A DNA stretch of 64,000 nt from Squalus acanthias. Taxonomy: Eukaryota. This document shows positions 13,843 to 26,060 of the stretch, piece by piece; position 1 is the first letter of the stretch; every line of letters begins with the position of its first letter. The notes below the pieces were generated by a model. It made no database searches. It was not told the origin of the DNA and was given only the letters and a program-made list of their open reading frames with translations. The position numbers and the translations under genes were made by a program. The stretch spans positions 95,172,001 through 95,236,000 of the forward strand of contig CM059432.1 of the NCBI GenBank assembly GCA_030390025.1, written 5' to 3'.

Positions 13843-14276
13843 TAGAACTTGCATTTATATAACAACTTTCACGACATCCCAAAGCGCATAATAGCCAACT
13901 GTACTTTTGAAGAGTAGTAATATAGGGAAATGTGACAGCCAATTTGCACACAGCATGGTCCCACAAACAGCAATGGGAAAACAACCAGATAATCTGTTTA
14001 GTGATGTGGATTGAGGGATAAATATTGGCCAGGACACCTGCAAATTTTCCTGCTCTTCTTCGAATAGTACCAAGGGATCTTTTACATTTCACTGAGAGGG
14101 CAGACTCTTGGTTTAACATCTCATCTGAAAGATGGCACTTCCAACAGTGCAGCACTCGCTCAGTACTGTACTGAAGTGCCAGCCTGAATTATGTGTTCAA
14201 GTCTCTGGAGTGGGACTTGAACCTGCAACTTTCTGACTCAGAGGCAAGAATGCTGCCAGCGAGCCAAGGCTGCCAC
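13843..14276 (-). mobile_element. DeuSINE (SacSINE1/AmnSINE1-like), near full length
   Basis: tRNA-like head, Deu-domain-like core (gatgagatgttaaacc...gtcctggccaatattt) and L2-like tail. Confidence 0.85.
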
Positions 14277-14694
14277 TTAAGAATGCGTATGTACACAATA
14301 GTAAAGTTCATAGGCTGGAGTTTTCTGCTTGGGTATTAGCCTAGCCAGCCCATGATTTCCCCCCTATTCATTTTAATAGACAGGAAAGTCGCAGGCTAAC
14401 AAATGCAAAAGCAGAAAACCCTGACCATATGGTTGAAGTGAGGGGCTCTTCTGAGGTCAGAGTCCAAAGTACATTATTGAAGCAGAGCAGAGGGAGATTT
14501 ACTCTGCATCCAATCTTGCTATAACTTGGGGCTTCTTGACGCTGACACCGGTACCCTGATTTTATGACACCAGCAGAATCTGTGCTGGGAATGGATGGCA
14601 GCTGAGCTGTCCCACAGCACTCCGAGCTAGCTGTGCCCAATTTTGTGTGGTCAGTTCATTTGAATAATTAGCATAAACTCCCAGAAAAGCTTTA

Positions 14695-15587
14695 GGGGGA
14701 AAAATTCAGTTGGTTGTGCCTCCCGTTAGCGCCTTAAGAGGGCGCTAATGGGGCGCAAAGCAACTAGCGCCCGGGCACGGCGATGTTTGCACCGCTCGCG
14801 AAATTAACTAGATATTTTGCGGCGGCACTAAACACTACCGCCACGATCTCCTGCGCCGGCAGATCGTGACGTCAGTCGAGTGCGCAACGCCCCGGTAGCG
14901 CCCCTGAGCGGATATTGAGTGGCGCCCCCTGCCTTACCGCCTGCTGCTAGCAACGACAGGTTGAGGGGAGCGTTTTGCAGTCAGGAAGGGACTGGGGGAG
15001 CGCTATTTAAAGGCGACCGCTTCCTGCCTTTTATTGTTGGTGACATTTTTGAACCACGCATTCTGAGAGAGAGAGAGAGAGACTTCTGCAGAGATTCAAC
15101 GCTGTGTGAAGGAGTTTTGGGTACTGAGCAGCACTTTGCAGGTTCATTTTGATTTGCACTTCCTTGTATCGATTTAGAAGAGACTGTGGGGGCTGCACTC
15201 TGAGCTTTTTCCCTGGGCCTCTCCATTGTTCTTTCCAGCAGATTTGATGTACAGGTCTGTCCAGGCCGAGATTCAAGGCTGCAATGAGCAGGATGTGGAT
15301 GGAAAGCAAGATCAACCCTCCCCTTTAAGAACTGGCCGGCGCCATTGTGTGTGTGTTCCATTGCTGACTGACATCACATGAGCTTTGCCAGCGCTCTGAG
15401 GTAGCGCCTCGCTCCTCGGCCTTTGCGCCTTAAGACAGGTGTGAAGCGCCTGATTTAGCGCTCCAATCACCTCCAGGGTCGATAAAAGTCAAGTTTGCAG
15501 TCGGAGGCGATAATTAGCGCCAGGCGCTAATCTTTGCGCCCGGCCGATAATTGCGCCCCAAACGGGGCGATACTGAATTGCTCCCCC
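14695..15587. mobile_element. Non-autonomous Harbinger element (MITE-like) with TIRs and TTA TSD
   Basis: TIRs gggggaaaaattcagt / actgaattgctccccc (14/16 match), flanked by tta at 14692-14694 and 15588-15590. Confidence 0.9.
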
Positions 15588-15749
15588 TTAGTCTTTTGTT
15601 GACCATTAGGCTAACTCGGTGTGCAAAATCTGGTTAGCAGCTCAAATTTAAAGAGATGCATTCCCTTAAATGTAAGTGGAAGCATTGAGGGTCAAATATT
15701 GTTTCAGCCTTTAGAAACCTTTTACATTGAATAAGATAGAAATTAAAAC

Positions 15750-16098
15750 AGGAAAGCAGGCTGTTCAGCCCAACCTGTGTTGGTATTTATACTCCACACG
15801 GGCATAATCCTAATCTCATGTTCCCACACTATTCCAATATTCCTCCAAACACTTATCTAACCTATTATTTAACGCTTCAGTCACCAACTTCAGTCGTGCA
15901 TTCCACAGCCTCATAACCTTTTGTGTAAAAAATTCTCCTGCTCTCTGTCCTAAATCTGTTAATTTAATCTTATATAAATGTCCCCTCATTGCAGACCCTT
16001 CAATCACTGGAAACAGTCTGTTTCTATCTACACTGCCCCATTCTTCATAACCTGAAACATCTCTATTAAATCACCCCATAATTTTCTGTTCTAATGAG
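15750..16098 (-). mobile_element. Degenerate CR1 3' end
   Basis: RGHLYKI...FFTQKVMRLWN remnant in ORF 15816-16007. Confidence 0.75.
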
Positions 16099-18098
16099 AT
16101 ACAGAGGAGGAGGTAGGTCCTCTACCCGCGGGGGTGGGGTGGGGGTGGGGTGGGGGGGGGGTGGAGGAGGCCACAAAGGCAGCTAATGCGGCGCAAGTGG
16201 GAGGAGATCACCCGGGAGGTCACAGCCGGGAGCCCTGGCCCCAGGACATGGCTCCAGTGCCGCAATAAATGTAATGACTTGACTCAAGTGATCACGGTAA
16301 GATCCCACCTCACAAACACACTTCTCAATAACTGAACACCACCATCAGCATCACAACCTCGACACACTTCATCCATTATCTAAATGTACACTGAAATTCA
16401 AACAGTTCACACTATTGCATCCTTCACAGGCACTACTCACACCTCAGACAAATCTCACAGCTCTTCAACCATGTAAGGCATCACACAAACACACCTGTCA
16501 ATACACTCATCCATAATCACCACTCTTTCTCTTCCAGGAAAACACATAACAGGTGGCAGCAGGACCTAACCAGGGGAGGTCAACCACGCCTACTTGACAT
16601 CACTCCCCTTGAGGCGGTAGTGCTGGCCGTGATCGGGAGGGGAGTGGGAGAAGACGTGGCCAGAGGCAGAGCAGGGGCCATATCACCTAGAGGTATGTGG
16701 CCACTCCAGCTTCCTTACAGATGCACAACTATTCCTGATCCCTAATCACCCATAGCTGTCTTCACTCCCAAGCACCATTTGGTCTCATCACACACATCCT
16801 CCTATAGTGGCTACTCGCGCTGCACCCTAACCCTTCCAGCACTATCATTGTAGGCCCCCAGGAGCAAGGTCCACCTCACCCCCCCACCCACCCCCACCAC
16901 CTGGGGCAAGTCCAAGATGAGCAACAGCCACCTCGCGCACCACCCCCCCCCCCCTCCCCCAGAGAAATAGGAGGAGGAGGAAGAGGAGAGTGAGGAAGAA
17001 TGCACTGTGTCAATGGCTACCACTGTTGCAGGCACCAGCTCGGAGACCGGCACCACACGTAACTTAGAGGCTAGGTGCTGGTGCTGCTCTGCCTGGCCTC
17101 ATCTTCTCCTCCAATTCCTCATGCAGAGCAAGGGGGACCCCTAGCTAAATGCCCATGACCAAGCACTCCTTTTCTCCTGGTGACTCCTATAAAGTGTCCA
17201 ATTAGGTGGAGTAGCACAGCACTCACTCTTTTTAGGTGAGGTCCTGAGAGAATATCCAGGAAATATATTGAAGTGTTGGTGAAGCCTTGGCAAAGTGTCC
17301 CAGAAAGTCTCCCGATGTGTCTCAAATGTCCTCTTCAACTGCAGTGTAGTCGGTCGATCTCAATCAGCAAGTGAACAGTGAAAGCTGAGCATGGCTTTAA
17401 GTAGCGCTCAAAATACTCAGCAAGGACTTGTTTACTCCTGTTCAGCTGGTCAGTGTTAATATTTTATTCAAGTACAATAGTACTTATACAACTCATCAAT
17501 TACATAGTAAATCCATTACATTCATTGACCACAATAAAAAAAATAAAGCCTTGAGAACAGCTTTATGGTTAACAATATAAATGCAATGATAAATTTTACA
17601 AATAAATCAATAATGTTTACAATACAAATACCCTTAAATAGTCCCACACAAACTTTATAGATTTAAAATAATAAATCTCAAAATAAATTCTACATAAAAA
17701 AACCAGTTTAACACCACAGTGTACAAATCACATAGCACCATCATAATTCAATTAAATGCTACAAATATACTACTTTCAACCAAAGAAAAAACTAACACTA
17801 TTTCAATAAACCAAGAAAAAACCCGTTTCAGCTGGTCGGTGTTAGGAGAGGTCGTTAAATGAATCGTTACCCACCAAAATGGCGTGCAGCTTCTTTAATG
17901 AGTGCTAGCAGGCAATTTAATTGTCAATCAGAAGCTTAACGATCTGCTGGCAGCCATTCCTAGCCTGCGCTTCAACTCCTTTACCAAGATGGCCTCTTGC
18001 GCGAAATGTGGGCTAAACCGGTGTTACAGCTTAAGACCACATCTTGGCCACGTCGGAGGCTCTTTAGCACCTAAAGTATCCAGCAAAAATCACCCCCA
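16099..18098. mobile_element. Old rearranged Harbinger remnants (Myb/SANT pieces on both strands, TIR-like end near 18098)
   Basis: RKWEEITREV...RTWLQCRNKCNDLTQV then gtaaga donor (16150-16280, +); a second Myb-like piece at ~17050-17400 (-); end caaaaatcaccccc. Confidence 0.65.
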
Positions 18099-18313
18099 TG
18101 TTCTCTAACCATATTGACACGACATCAGCCTCTTTTTTGTGTACATCAGTCCCCTGTAGAGCATATATTTCCTCCTTCATTAATATTGCCACTCCTCTTC
18201 CTTTCTTACCTATTCTGATCCTCCAAAAAAATATAACTTGATATGTTTATTTTACACTCCTGCCCAGTTTGCATCTAGATTTCTGTTACTGCTATTAAAT
18301 CTATGTTCATGCA

Positions 18314-19389
18314 ATGGTCAGAAAACAGAGAGTAGGAATAAACAGGTCATTTTCGGGTTGGCAAGCTGTAATTAGTGGGGTATCACAAGGATCAGTGCTT
18401 GGGTCTCAGCTATTCACAATCTATATCAATGATTTGGATGAGGGGACCAAATGTAATATATCCAAGTTTGCTGATGATACAAAGCTAGATGGGAATGTAA
18501 GTTGTTAGGAGGATGCAAAGAGGCTTCAAGGGGATATAGACAAGCTAAGTGAGTGGGCAAGAACATGGCAAATGGAATATAATGTGGAGAAATATGAAGT
18601 TATCCACTTTGGTAGGAAAAATAGAAAAGCAGGGTATTTTTAAATGGTGAGAGATTGGGAAATGTTGGTGTTCAGAGGGACCTGGGTGTCCCTGTACACA
18701 AATCACTGAAAGTTAACATGCAGGTACAGCAAGCAATTAGGAAAGCAAATGGTATGTTGGCCTTTATTACAAGAGGATTTGAGTATAAGAGTAAAGATGT
18801 CTTACTGCAATTATATAGGGCTCTGGTGAGACCACACCTGGAGTATTGTGTACAGTTTTGGTCTCCTTACCTAAGGAAGGATATACTTGCCACAGAGGGA
18901 GTGCAACGAAGGTTCACTAGACTGATTCCTGGGATGGGGGGATTGTCCTATGAGGAGAGATTGAGTAGACTAGGCATATATTCTCTAGCGTTTAGAAGAA
19001 TGAGAGGTGATCTCATTGCAACATACAAAATTCTTACAGGGCTTGACAGGGTAGATGCAGGGAGGATATTTCCCCTGGCTGGGGAGTCTAGAACCAGGGA
19101 TCATAGTCTCAGAATAAGGGGTCGACCATTTAGGACTGAGAGGAGGAGAAATTTCTTCACTCAGCGGGTGGTGAATCTTTGGAATTCTCTACCCCAGAGG
19201 GCTGTGGAGGCTCAGTCGTTGAGTATATTCAAGACAGTGATTGATAGATTTTTGGATATTAAGGGAATCAAGGGATATGGGAATAGTGCAGGAAAGTGGA
19301 GTTGAGGTAGAAGATCAGCCATGATCTTATTGAATGGCGGAACAGGCTCGAGGGGTCGAATGGCCTACTCCTGCTCCTATGTTCTTATG
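18314..19389 (+). mobile_element. CR1 LINE 3' end (RT, 5'-truncated)
   Basis: QGSVLGSQLFTIYINDLD...KFADDTKL; ORF 18655-19305 same family as 7037-7771; tail ctatgttcttatg. Confidence 0.95.
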
Positions 19390-19429
19390 GTCATGGTAGT
19401 CAAGGGAAGGTCACATATCAGATTTGGCC

Positions 19430-20560
19430 CGAATCTCTCTTGCAGCCAGCAATGTGTTGTTCTCTACTTCTTCAAGTTTCTAGTCCTCTTGCAGATGTCT
19501 TTGTTCCTGATGGGTCCTTCATCTTCAGGGTCTCCACGTGAAGGCCTCTTTGTAAAGCAAAGTTGTGCAGCAGGCAGAACACTACCATGCTCGTCGAGAC
19601 CCTCGCTGGACCATACTGCAGGATGCCCCTAGATCAGGCACCTAAAGTGCACTTTCAACATACCTATAGTTTGTTCAGTGATGATTTTGGTGGATGAATG
19701 ATCCTCATTATAGCATTGCTCAGCTGGGTTCCTGAGAAAGCAGACAGGTGTCATCAGCCAAGTCTGTAGAGGATAACTTTTATCTCCCAGGCGCCATTGG
19801 CAGAGCTGCCTTTCTGAGTTAAAAAGTGCTGGCACTGTGGACTGTCTTAAAGTAAAGATATTTTGGCAGCTGTCAGCAAAAAGAGCATTCACCTGCATGA
19901 TAGTCTTCTGCTGGTGGTAAGTAAGCTGCACATTGACAGAATGGTCTCCTTTTCTATTACATCTGGCCTTTGATAAAGGGAACATATATGGCCATATGGC
20001 TGCCACCTATGACTCCTTGGACCATTGGGGAATCCTGCCATCTGGTAAAATTGCAGTGTTCTGTCTGTTAGCACCAGTTGTTCAAGGGAAAGCTCATGAA
20101 ATTGCTAGTTCTAGAGAACAATGCATACTTGTCTTGCTTAATGCATCTGTGGAGAGCTGTTTGCCTTAGGTTATAGATATCCCTTGTGGCAGCCTAGAAT
20201 GACCAAATTCCATAGAAGTTAAGGGAAATAGTGAACTTTGTCCCAGTAGTAGCCTGGAATGACTTCAAGCAATCAAAGTTATCAGTGGCAGTTACCTTAA
20301 CAGTCACTGCCAGAACAGTGCATACAGCAGACATGTGCTGTAGGTCTGCTTGCAGCATATGATATTACTTGGTAAAAAGAAGCATCCCCAGGCACTGCTC
20401 TTTGGGTAAATGCAGATAGGAATACTTGGCCTGGTGAGGGGATATTGGCAGGTGGGTGCCTTGCACGTGTGGTACTGCCTCACAAACTTGATCTTCTTCT
20501 GTTGCTCCTCTTCTTCCAAGAAGCAAAGATAGAGGAGCATCCCCAATGGAAAACCCATAA
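19430..20560 (-). pseudogene. Degenerate Harbinger transposase
   Basis: RKGDHSVNVQL, LGDKSYPLQTWLMTP and ITEQTIGMLKVHFRCL in ORF 19629-20006. Confidence 0.85.
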
Positions 20561-21589
20561 TGACCTGTCTGAAGAAGGGTGGGTGGGGGGGGGGGGGGTG
20601 GTAAGTGGTATTCCTTCAACAAACAGCACAAAGGCAGATGGCAATATATATAGCAACAGTGCAAAAAACAACAAAAATAACAGAATAATAAGGTTTTAAA
20701 AGTAACAGTTACTGAGTAAATTTACTTCTACCTTCAGGGTAATGCCTAGCAACCTTGGATGCCAGTTGTATACTGACATGACTAAGACTCAGTGGAAATG
20801 AAGGCTAATGAAACATCAGATGTTGCCATGTCATTCCTGCCTTATTCAGTTGTGTCCCACCAGCAATGGGTGGCAAGGCTGTATTGTGGATGAGGATCTG
20901 CTGTAATGGATGCCTACTTCTACCATTCAGATTACCACTCTGAAATAGGGTGGAACGCAACAGAATATCTAGACCATGGAGTCTATTATATAGAATTTCA
21001 GTTCACTTTTATCAGTCTGGGCTGGCTGGCTGACAGGCAGCGACAAGGGCAATGGCGGAGTAGCAGTGGTGGGAACAGGAATGCTGTCATCCTGAGAGAG
21101 GGAGCAGGGTCCTGCTCCACTGAACCACCGCCACTTGTTGGAGCAGCTTTTGGAACCAGTTCCAATTTGTTTTCAAGTATTTAGCACTGTTTTACATTTC
21201 TGTTGAGTTACAGAGCCAAAACGTTATCTTGGTTCCATGACTCAGGTCAGTAAAATGTTCTACTTTGGAACAAGATGTAAGTGGTCATCATGACACTTTG
21301 TAAGCTGAATAATCCTTGTATTTCGCACATGGTAAGTAACAAAAGTTTATTAATTATTGTTTTTTCAGATCACATGATAGGACATTCACAATGGCCAATG
21401 ATGGAATAGTCACTTTACTTTATGAGTAAGACAGATAAATATCTCATGAGTGACAAATCAGCAGTGAGTTATAAAGGTCTACCTTGTGAGTGATGTAAAC
21501 TGGGTATGATCCCCTGTTCATCTTATTCTCTAAACACCTCTCTAGCATACTCCTTCCTTTCTTGCATAAGAAGGTCACGCACAACTTGA

Positions 21590-23790
21590 GATTGGAGGCT
21601 TACTGGAGATGCTAGGTACACTGGGCTGTCAGCCAGCAAGCTTGCGCACAATGGCTCATAGCATGGAGGAGTCCAGCTCCAACTTGTGTCAAGGCTTTGC
21701 GTAGAGCATGGAGACCATTCTGTCTAAGATGGAGTAAGCAGTCAGCTTCATGAACAAGACAGTGGCACCCACCATGATGGAGCTTCTGACAGTTTCAATG
21801 GCAGCTCACACTGCGCCATGAAAGCTCAAACAGCTGCCATCTTGGCTTTAGGGCCAAGTGTTGACAGGGGCTTCCAGAGCATCACATCACTCCTGCACTC
21901 TGTTCTCATGCAGAGCCGTAGGAGTGCTGATGCGCAGTCCCAGGAGAATAGACTTGGCTCCATGGGAGAGGCACCTGCTGTCCTCTTTCAGGAAGACAGG
22001 ATGCCTGCCCCCCCCCCCCTCCACTGCCTACTCTGCCAGTTAGTGTTAGTGTTAGCTGGGCCGGACTGATCCCACTCATGCCAAGGCGCTATTGTCTTCA
22101 GTCAGGCCCAAAGCTGCTTGATGTCGCCCACCACGGCCATTTGAAGTGGCCTCAATGGAAGTGCTGCAGCCTTCCACCTCCCAAACTGTAGCCACTGGGG
22201 AAACAGTTCAAAGGAGCACTAGAATAGGTAAGTGAGCACAGTAGACAGACATTAAGGGCTTGTGCAAGGATAATTCTTAATTATTATTAATTATTTCTGC
22301 TAACTATTAGGCACAGATGGAATTGAGTTGTTGGATAAATTAGTTTTTTGTTTTGGATTTGGTGTGGTTTTTTATATTTGTAGTGAAATGAGGGAAAGAC
22401 CCATAAGGCTGGACTGAAGGGAGGCAATCGGATGGTGGTATAAGGACAGTGGTGATAAGAATTGCGGAACTGCTGATGTATTGGTGATGGGAGAGATGGT
22501 TCACGTGAAGTGCTCTTGGATGAGCTGCCCTTTGAGAGCTCTAGCAGCTAGGCGCTCCTGCTCTTCCTCATTGTCATGCGGTTCCTTCTCCTCCACCTCC
22601 TCCTACTGATCCTGCTGCAGTTCTTGCTGCTCAGCTGATGACAAGGGCTGGTCCCTCTTGATGGCAAAGTTATGCAGAATGTAGAAGACGACTACAAATC
22701 TAGATACTCACTCAGGGCTGTACTGTAAAGCTCCTCTGGAACGGTCCAGGCAATGGAAGTGCTGCTTGACTATGGCGACTGTTTGTTAGGAGATGTTTCT
22801 GGCGCCAGCAAACCTCTCATTGTTAGTCACCTCTGCACCTGCGCCTGGGTTCCTGACAGGAGTCATGAGCCAAGTCTGAAGTGACTACACTTCAAAAGTA
22901 CCTCATTGGCCGTAAAGCGCTCTAGGACATCCTGAGGTCGTGAAAGGCATTATATAAATACAAGTTATTTCTTGCTTTCAACTACTAGCCAGCCTGTAAC
23001 CTGACGGCCTGGTTGAAATAAAGATGGCACAGAGGATGGGTGCAGGTTGAATGCATCATGACGGCTGCAAATAACCGGGCACAGACCTGCATGATGCACT
23101 GCATGTGGTTGCAAACAAGCTGGACATTGAGTGGCATCGCTATCCATTCAGAAAGATGCCAGGCTGGTGAGGGGAGCCAAAAGGCAATGTGGGTGTAGTC
23201 TATGCCAGCTTGCCTCCTGGGAAAGTCTGCAATGCAGGCGAAGCCCAGTGCTCTGTCATCCTGATTCGCTCTATCTATGGGAAAAGAGATGTAGCTGTTC
23301 CTCCTGGTGTAGAGAGCCTTGGTGACCTCTTTGATACAGCGGTGGACTGCAAACTGGGAGATGCCACTGATGTTACCTGCTGCAGCCTGAAAGAAGCCTA
23401 CTGCATAAAAGTTAAGGGCCATGGTGACCTTGACACCCACACGTAGTGCTGTCTATGCCCTGGCTGGAGGCTTGACTTGTGGCTGCAGCAGGTGACATAC
23501 CTCTGTGACTGCCTCCTTTGTGAAGCAAAGGCACCTGAGACATTCCTCCTCAGTGAAGTTCATGTTCACCCTGAAGACCCGCTGTGGGTATGGCCTTCTG
23601 CACAGTGCGGTCCTCCTGCCTCTTTTCCCAGCTGCTCTTGTTCTCTCCTGTCTTCTTGGCTGCTGCCCCCCCACCATCCCGCACCCCCCCCCCCCACCCG
23701 CCTTCCCCCCCCCCCCCCCCCCGGCCATCTTCTAGCTCCCAAGACAGTCCTGCTAGACCACCTATGACTACAGTGAAACTGTTTTGAAAG
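21590..23790 (-). mobile_element. Degenerate Harbinger: Myb-gene 3' part (+, ~21.6-22.27 kb) convergent with transposase (-, ~22.5-23.77 kb)
   Basis: RRPYPQRVFR, VKVTMALNFYAVGFFQ, GISQFAVHRCIKEVT, GIDYTHI and LNVQLVC; + strand remnant similar to 11043-11666. Confidence 0.85.
22881..22975 (+). mobile_element. DeuSINE 3' fragment inserted in the Harbinger transposase
   Basis: gtgactacacttcaaaagtacctcattggccgtaaagcgctctaggacatcctgaggtcgtgaaaggcattatataaatacaag. Confidence 0.85.
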
Positions 23791-24104
23791 CAACCAAAAG
23801 TAGTTCTGCACCTATCTCTGGTCTCACTTAAGGCTTGTTAATGTTTAGCATATCACCTCTAGGTTTGTGCTTATAATCCAAGTTCAATAGCCTCCTTGCA
23901 TCTACATTGTTATGCCACTCAACATTTTAAAGACCTGAATCATGTTTCCCCCAATCTTCGTTTTAGTGTCACCTAGATGCAGGATAAAGCTTCCACCACA
24001 CCACCTGAACAATGGCGGCGAATTTCCTTGCAGTTTCACCCACTTTGGAAGAACCACGGAAACCCCATAAAAAACATCAGAAACGCAGAAATAAAAGACT
24101 TGAA

Positions 24105-24500
24105 AGACTTGCATTTATATAGCACCTTTCATGGCCTCAGGACATCCCAAAGTGCGTTACAGCCAATGAAGTACTTTTGAAGTGTAGTCACTGTTGTAAT
24201 GTAAGAAACACGGCAGCCAATTTGCACACAGCAAGCTCCCACAAACAGCAATGTGATAATGACCAGATTGTCTGTTTAGTGAGGGTGGTTGAGGGATAAA
24301 TATTGGCCAGGACACCGGGGAGAACTCCCCTGCTCTTCTTCGAAATAGTGTCATGGGATCTTTTCGTTCACCTGGGAAAGCAGACGGGGCCTCGGTTTAA
24401 TTTCTCATCTGAAATACGGCACCTCTGACAGTGCAGCACTCCCTCAGTACTGCACTGGAGTGTCAGCCTAGATTTTGTGCTCAGGTCTCTGGAGTGGGAC
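24105..24500 (-). mobile_element. DeuSINE lacking most of the tRNA head
   Basis: Same core and tail as 50185-50652. Confidence 0.88.
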
Positions 24501-25560
24501 AAAGGAAGGGGAGGTTGCACAAGAGGCCAGAGTTGGAGGAAGACAGAGTTCTGGAGGAAGGTTGTAGGGCTGGGGAAGGTTACAGAGATAGGGAGGGGTG
24601 AGTCCATGAAAGGATTTAAACATGAAAATTTTAAATTGGTGTTATTGGGAGACCAGTAGCCAATATAGGTCAGTAAGGATAGGGATCATGGGTGAATGGG
24701 AAATGGGCAACAGAGCTGAAGTTTATGCAGATGGGAGGACAGCCAGGAGAGTATCGGAATAGTTGAGTCTGGGGGTGACAAAGGCATGATTGAGAGTTTT
24801 TAGCAGCAGCTGAGCTGAGGTGGGGCACAGATGGGCGATGTTACAGATGTGGAAGTAAGTGTTTTTTGTGATGGAGAGGATATGGGGTAGGATGGTCAGC
24901 TCAGGGCCAATCAGGATGCTGAGGTTGGTAACAGTCTGGTTCAACTTGAGACAATGGCCAGTATGTTGATGAGGAAAAAGAGAGGGCCAAAGATAGATCT
25001 TTGGGGGACTACAGAGTGGGGTCGAGTGTGGTGGTGGGATGAGAAGCCATTGCTTGAGATGCTGTGCCTACAACAGGATAGCTAAGAGTAGAAACATGCA
25101 AGCAATGGCAATCCCACTGAGCTGGACAATGGAAGAGAGGCATTGGAGGAAGATGGTGTGGTCAACCATGTCAAAGGCTGCAGAGGGGTCAAAGAGGACG
25201 ATGAGGAATAGTGCATCAGTCAAAGTCACAGAGGTTGTCATTTGTTACTTTGATTAGGGTCATTTGCGGTGGCAGAAGTGGAAACCTCGTTGGAGAGATT
25301 CAAACGTGGTGTTGCGGGACAGATGGGCAGGGATTTTGGAGGCTACAATGCGCTCACAGACTTTGGAGATGAAGGGGGTGGTGGTTGGAGAAAGGGCAGT
25401 AGTTTACAAGGACAGAGGGGTCAAGGGTAGGTTTTATGAGGAGGGTGATGATGGTGATTTTGAAAGGGAGGGAGGCAGTACCTGAGGAGAGGAAACCATT
25501 TACAATGTCAGTTAGCAGGGGGGCTAGGAAGGACTGTAACAGGTTTAAACATTGAAATAA
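24501..25560 (-). mobile_element. Degenerate L2 LINE fragments
   Basis: LNHAFVTPRLNYSDTLL and PTLDPSVLVNYCPFSN remnants. Confidence 0.75.
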
Positions 25561-26060
25561 CATGGAGATGAGGCAGAAATGATGTCACGGTGCCTCCTGC
25601 CTCATTTTCCTCTATTTATAGTGGGTGCATGCCTAGTTGGGGGGGTGTCGGCATAAGTGGGTCATAGCCCTTGTGCCCTGCCCTGCTCAGATCAGACGAT
25701 GTGAGCAAGGCCTGGGTGCAAACTTGTGACCAGTCAGAAGGCAAGTGTTTTTGATCCACAGATGAGGATCAGAGCTTCAGGCCCTTTGGCTGCTGTTTTT
25801 TGGACACCCATCATTGCTGCTGCATGCCTGAAGTGCCCACAGCAGCGGTTGGATTTCCACCTGCATCTCCTGCCAAAGAGCTAGGATATATCAGGCCAAT
25901 TTAATTGACCTGAACCCACAAATATTGGTGGGATGAGGTCAGGTGGAGTGCGCTTTTGGTGCGGTGCGCCTGACTTGTGCCCCATTGGAGGGGAAGATAG
26001 GAAAATCGTTCCCACCATCTTTTGTACCATAACAATTCAAGTGAACTTAATATTAAGAAG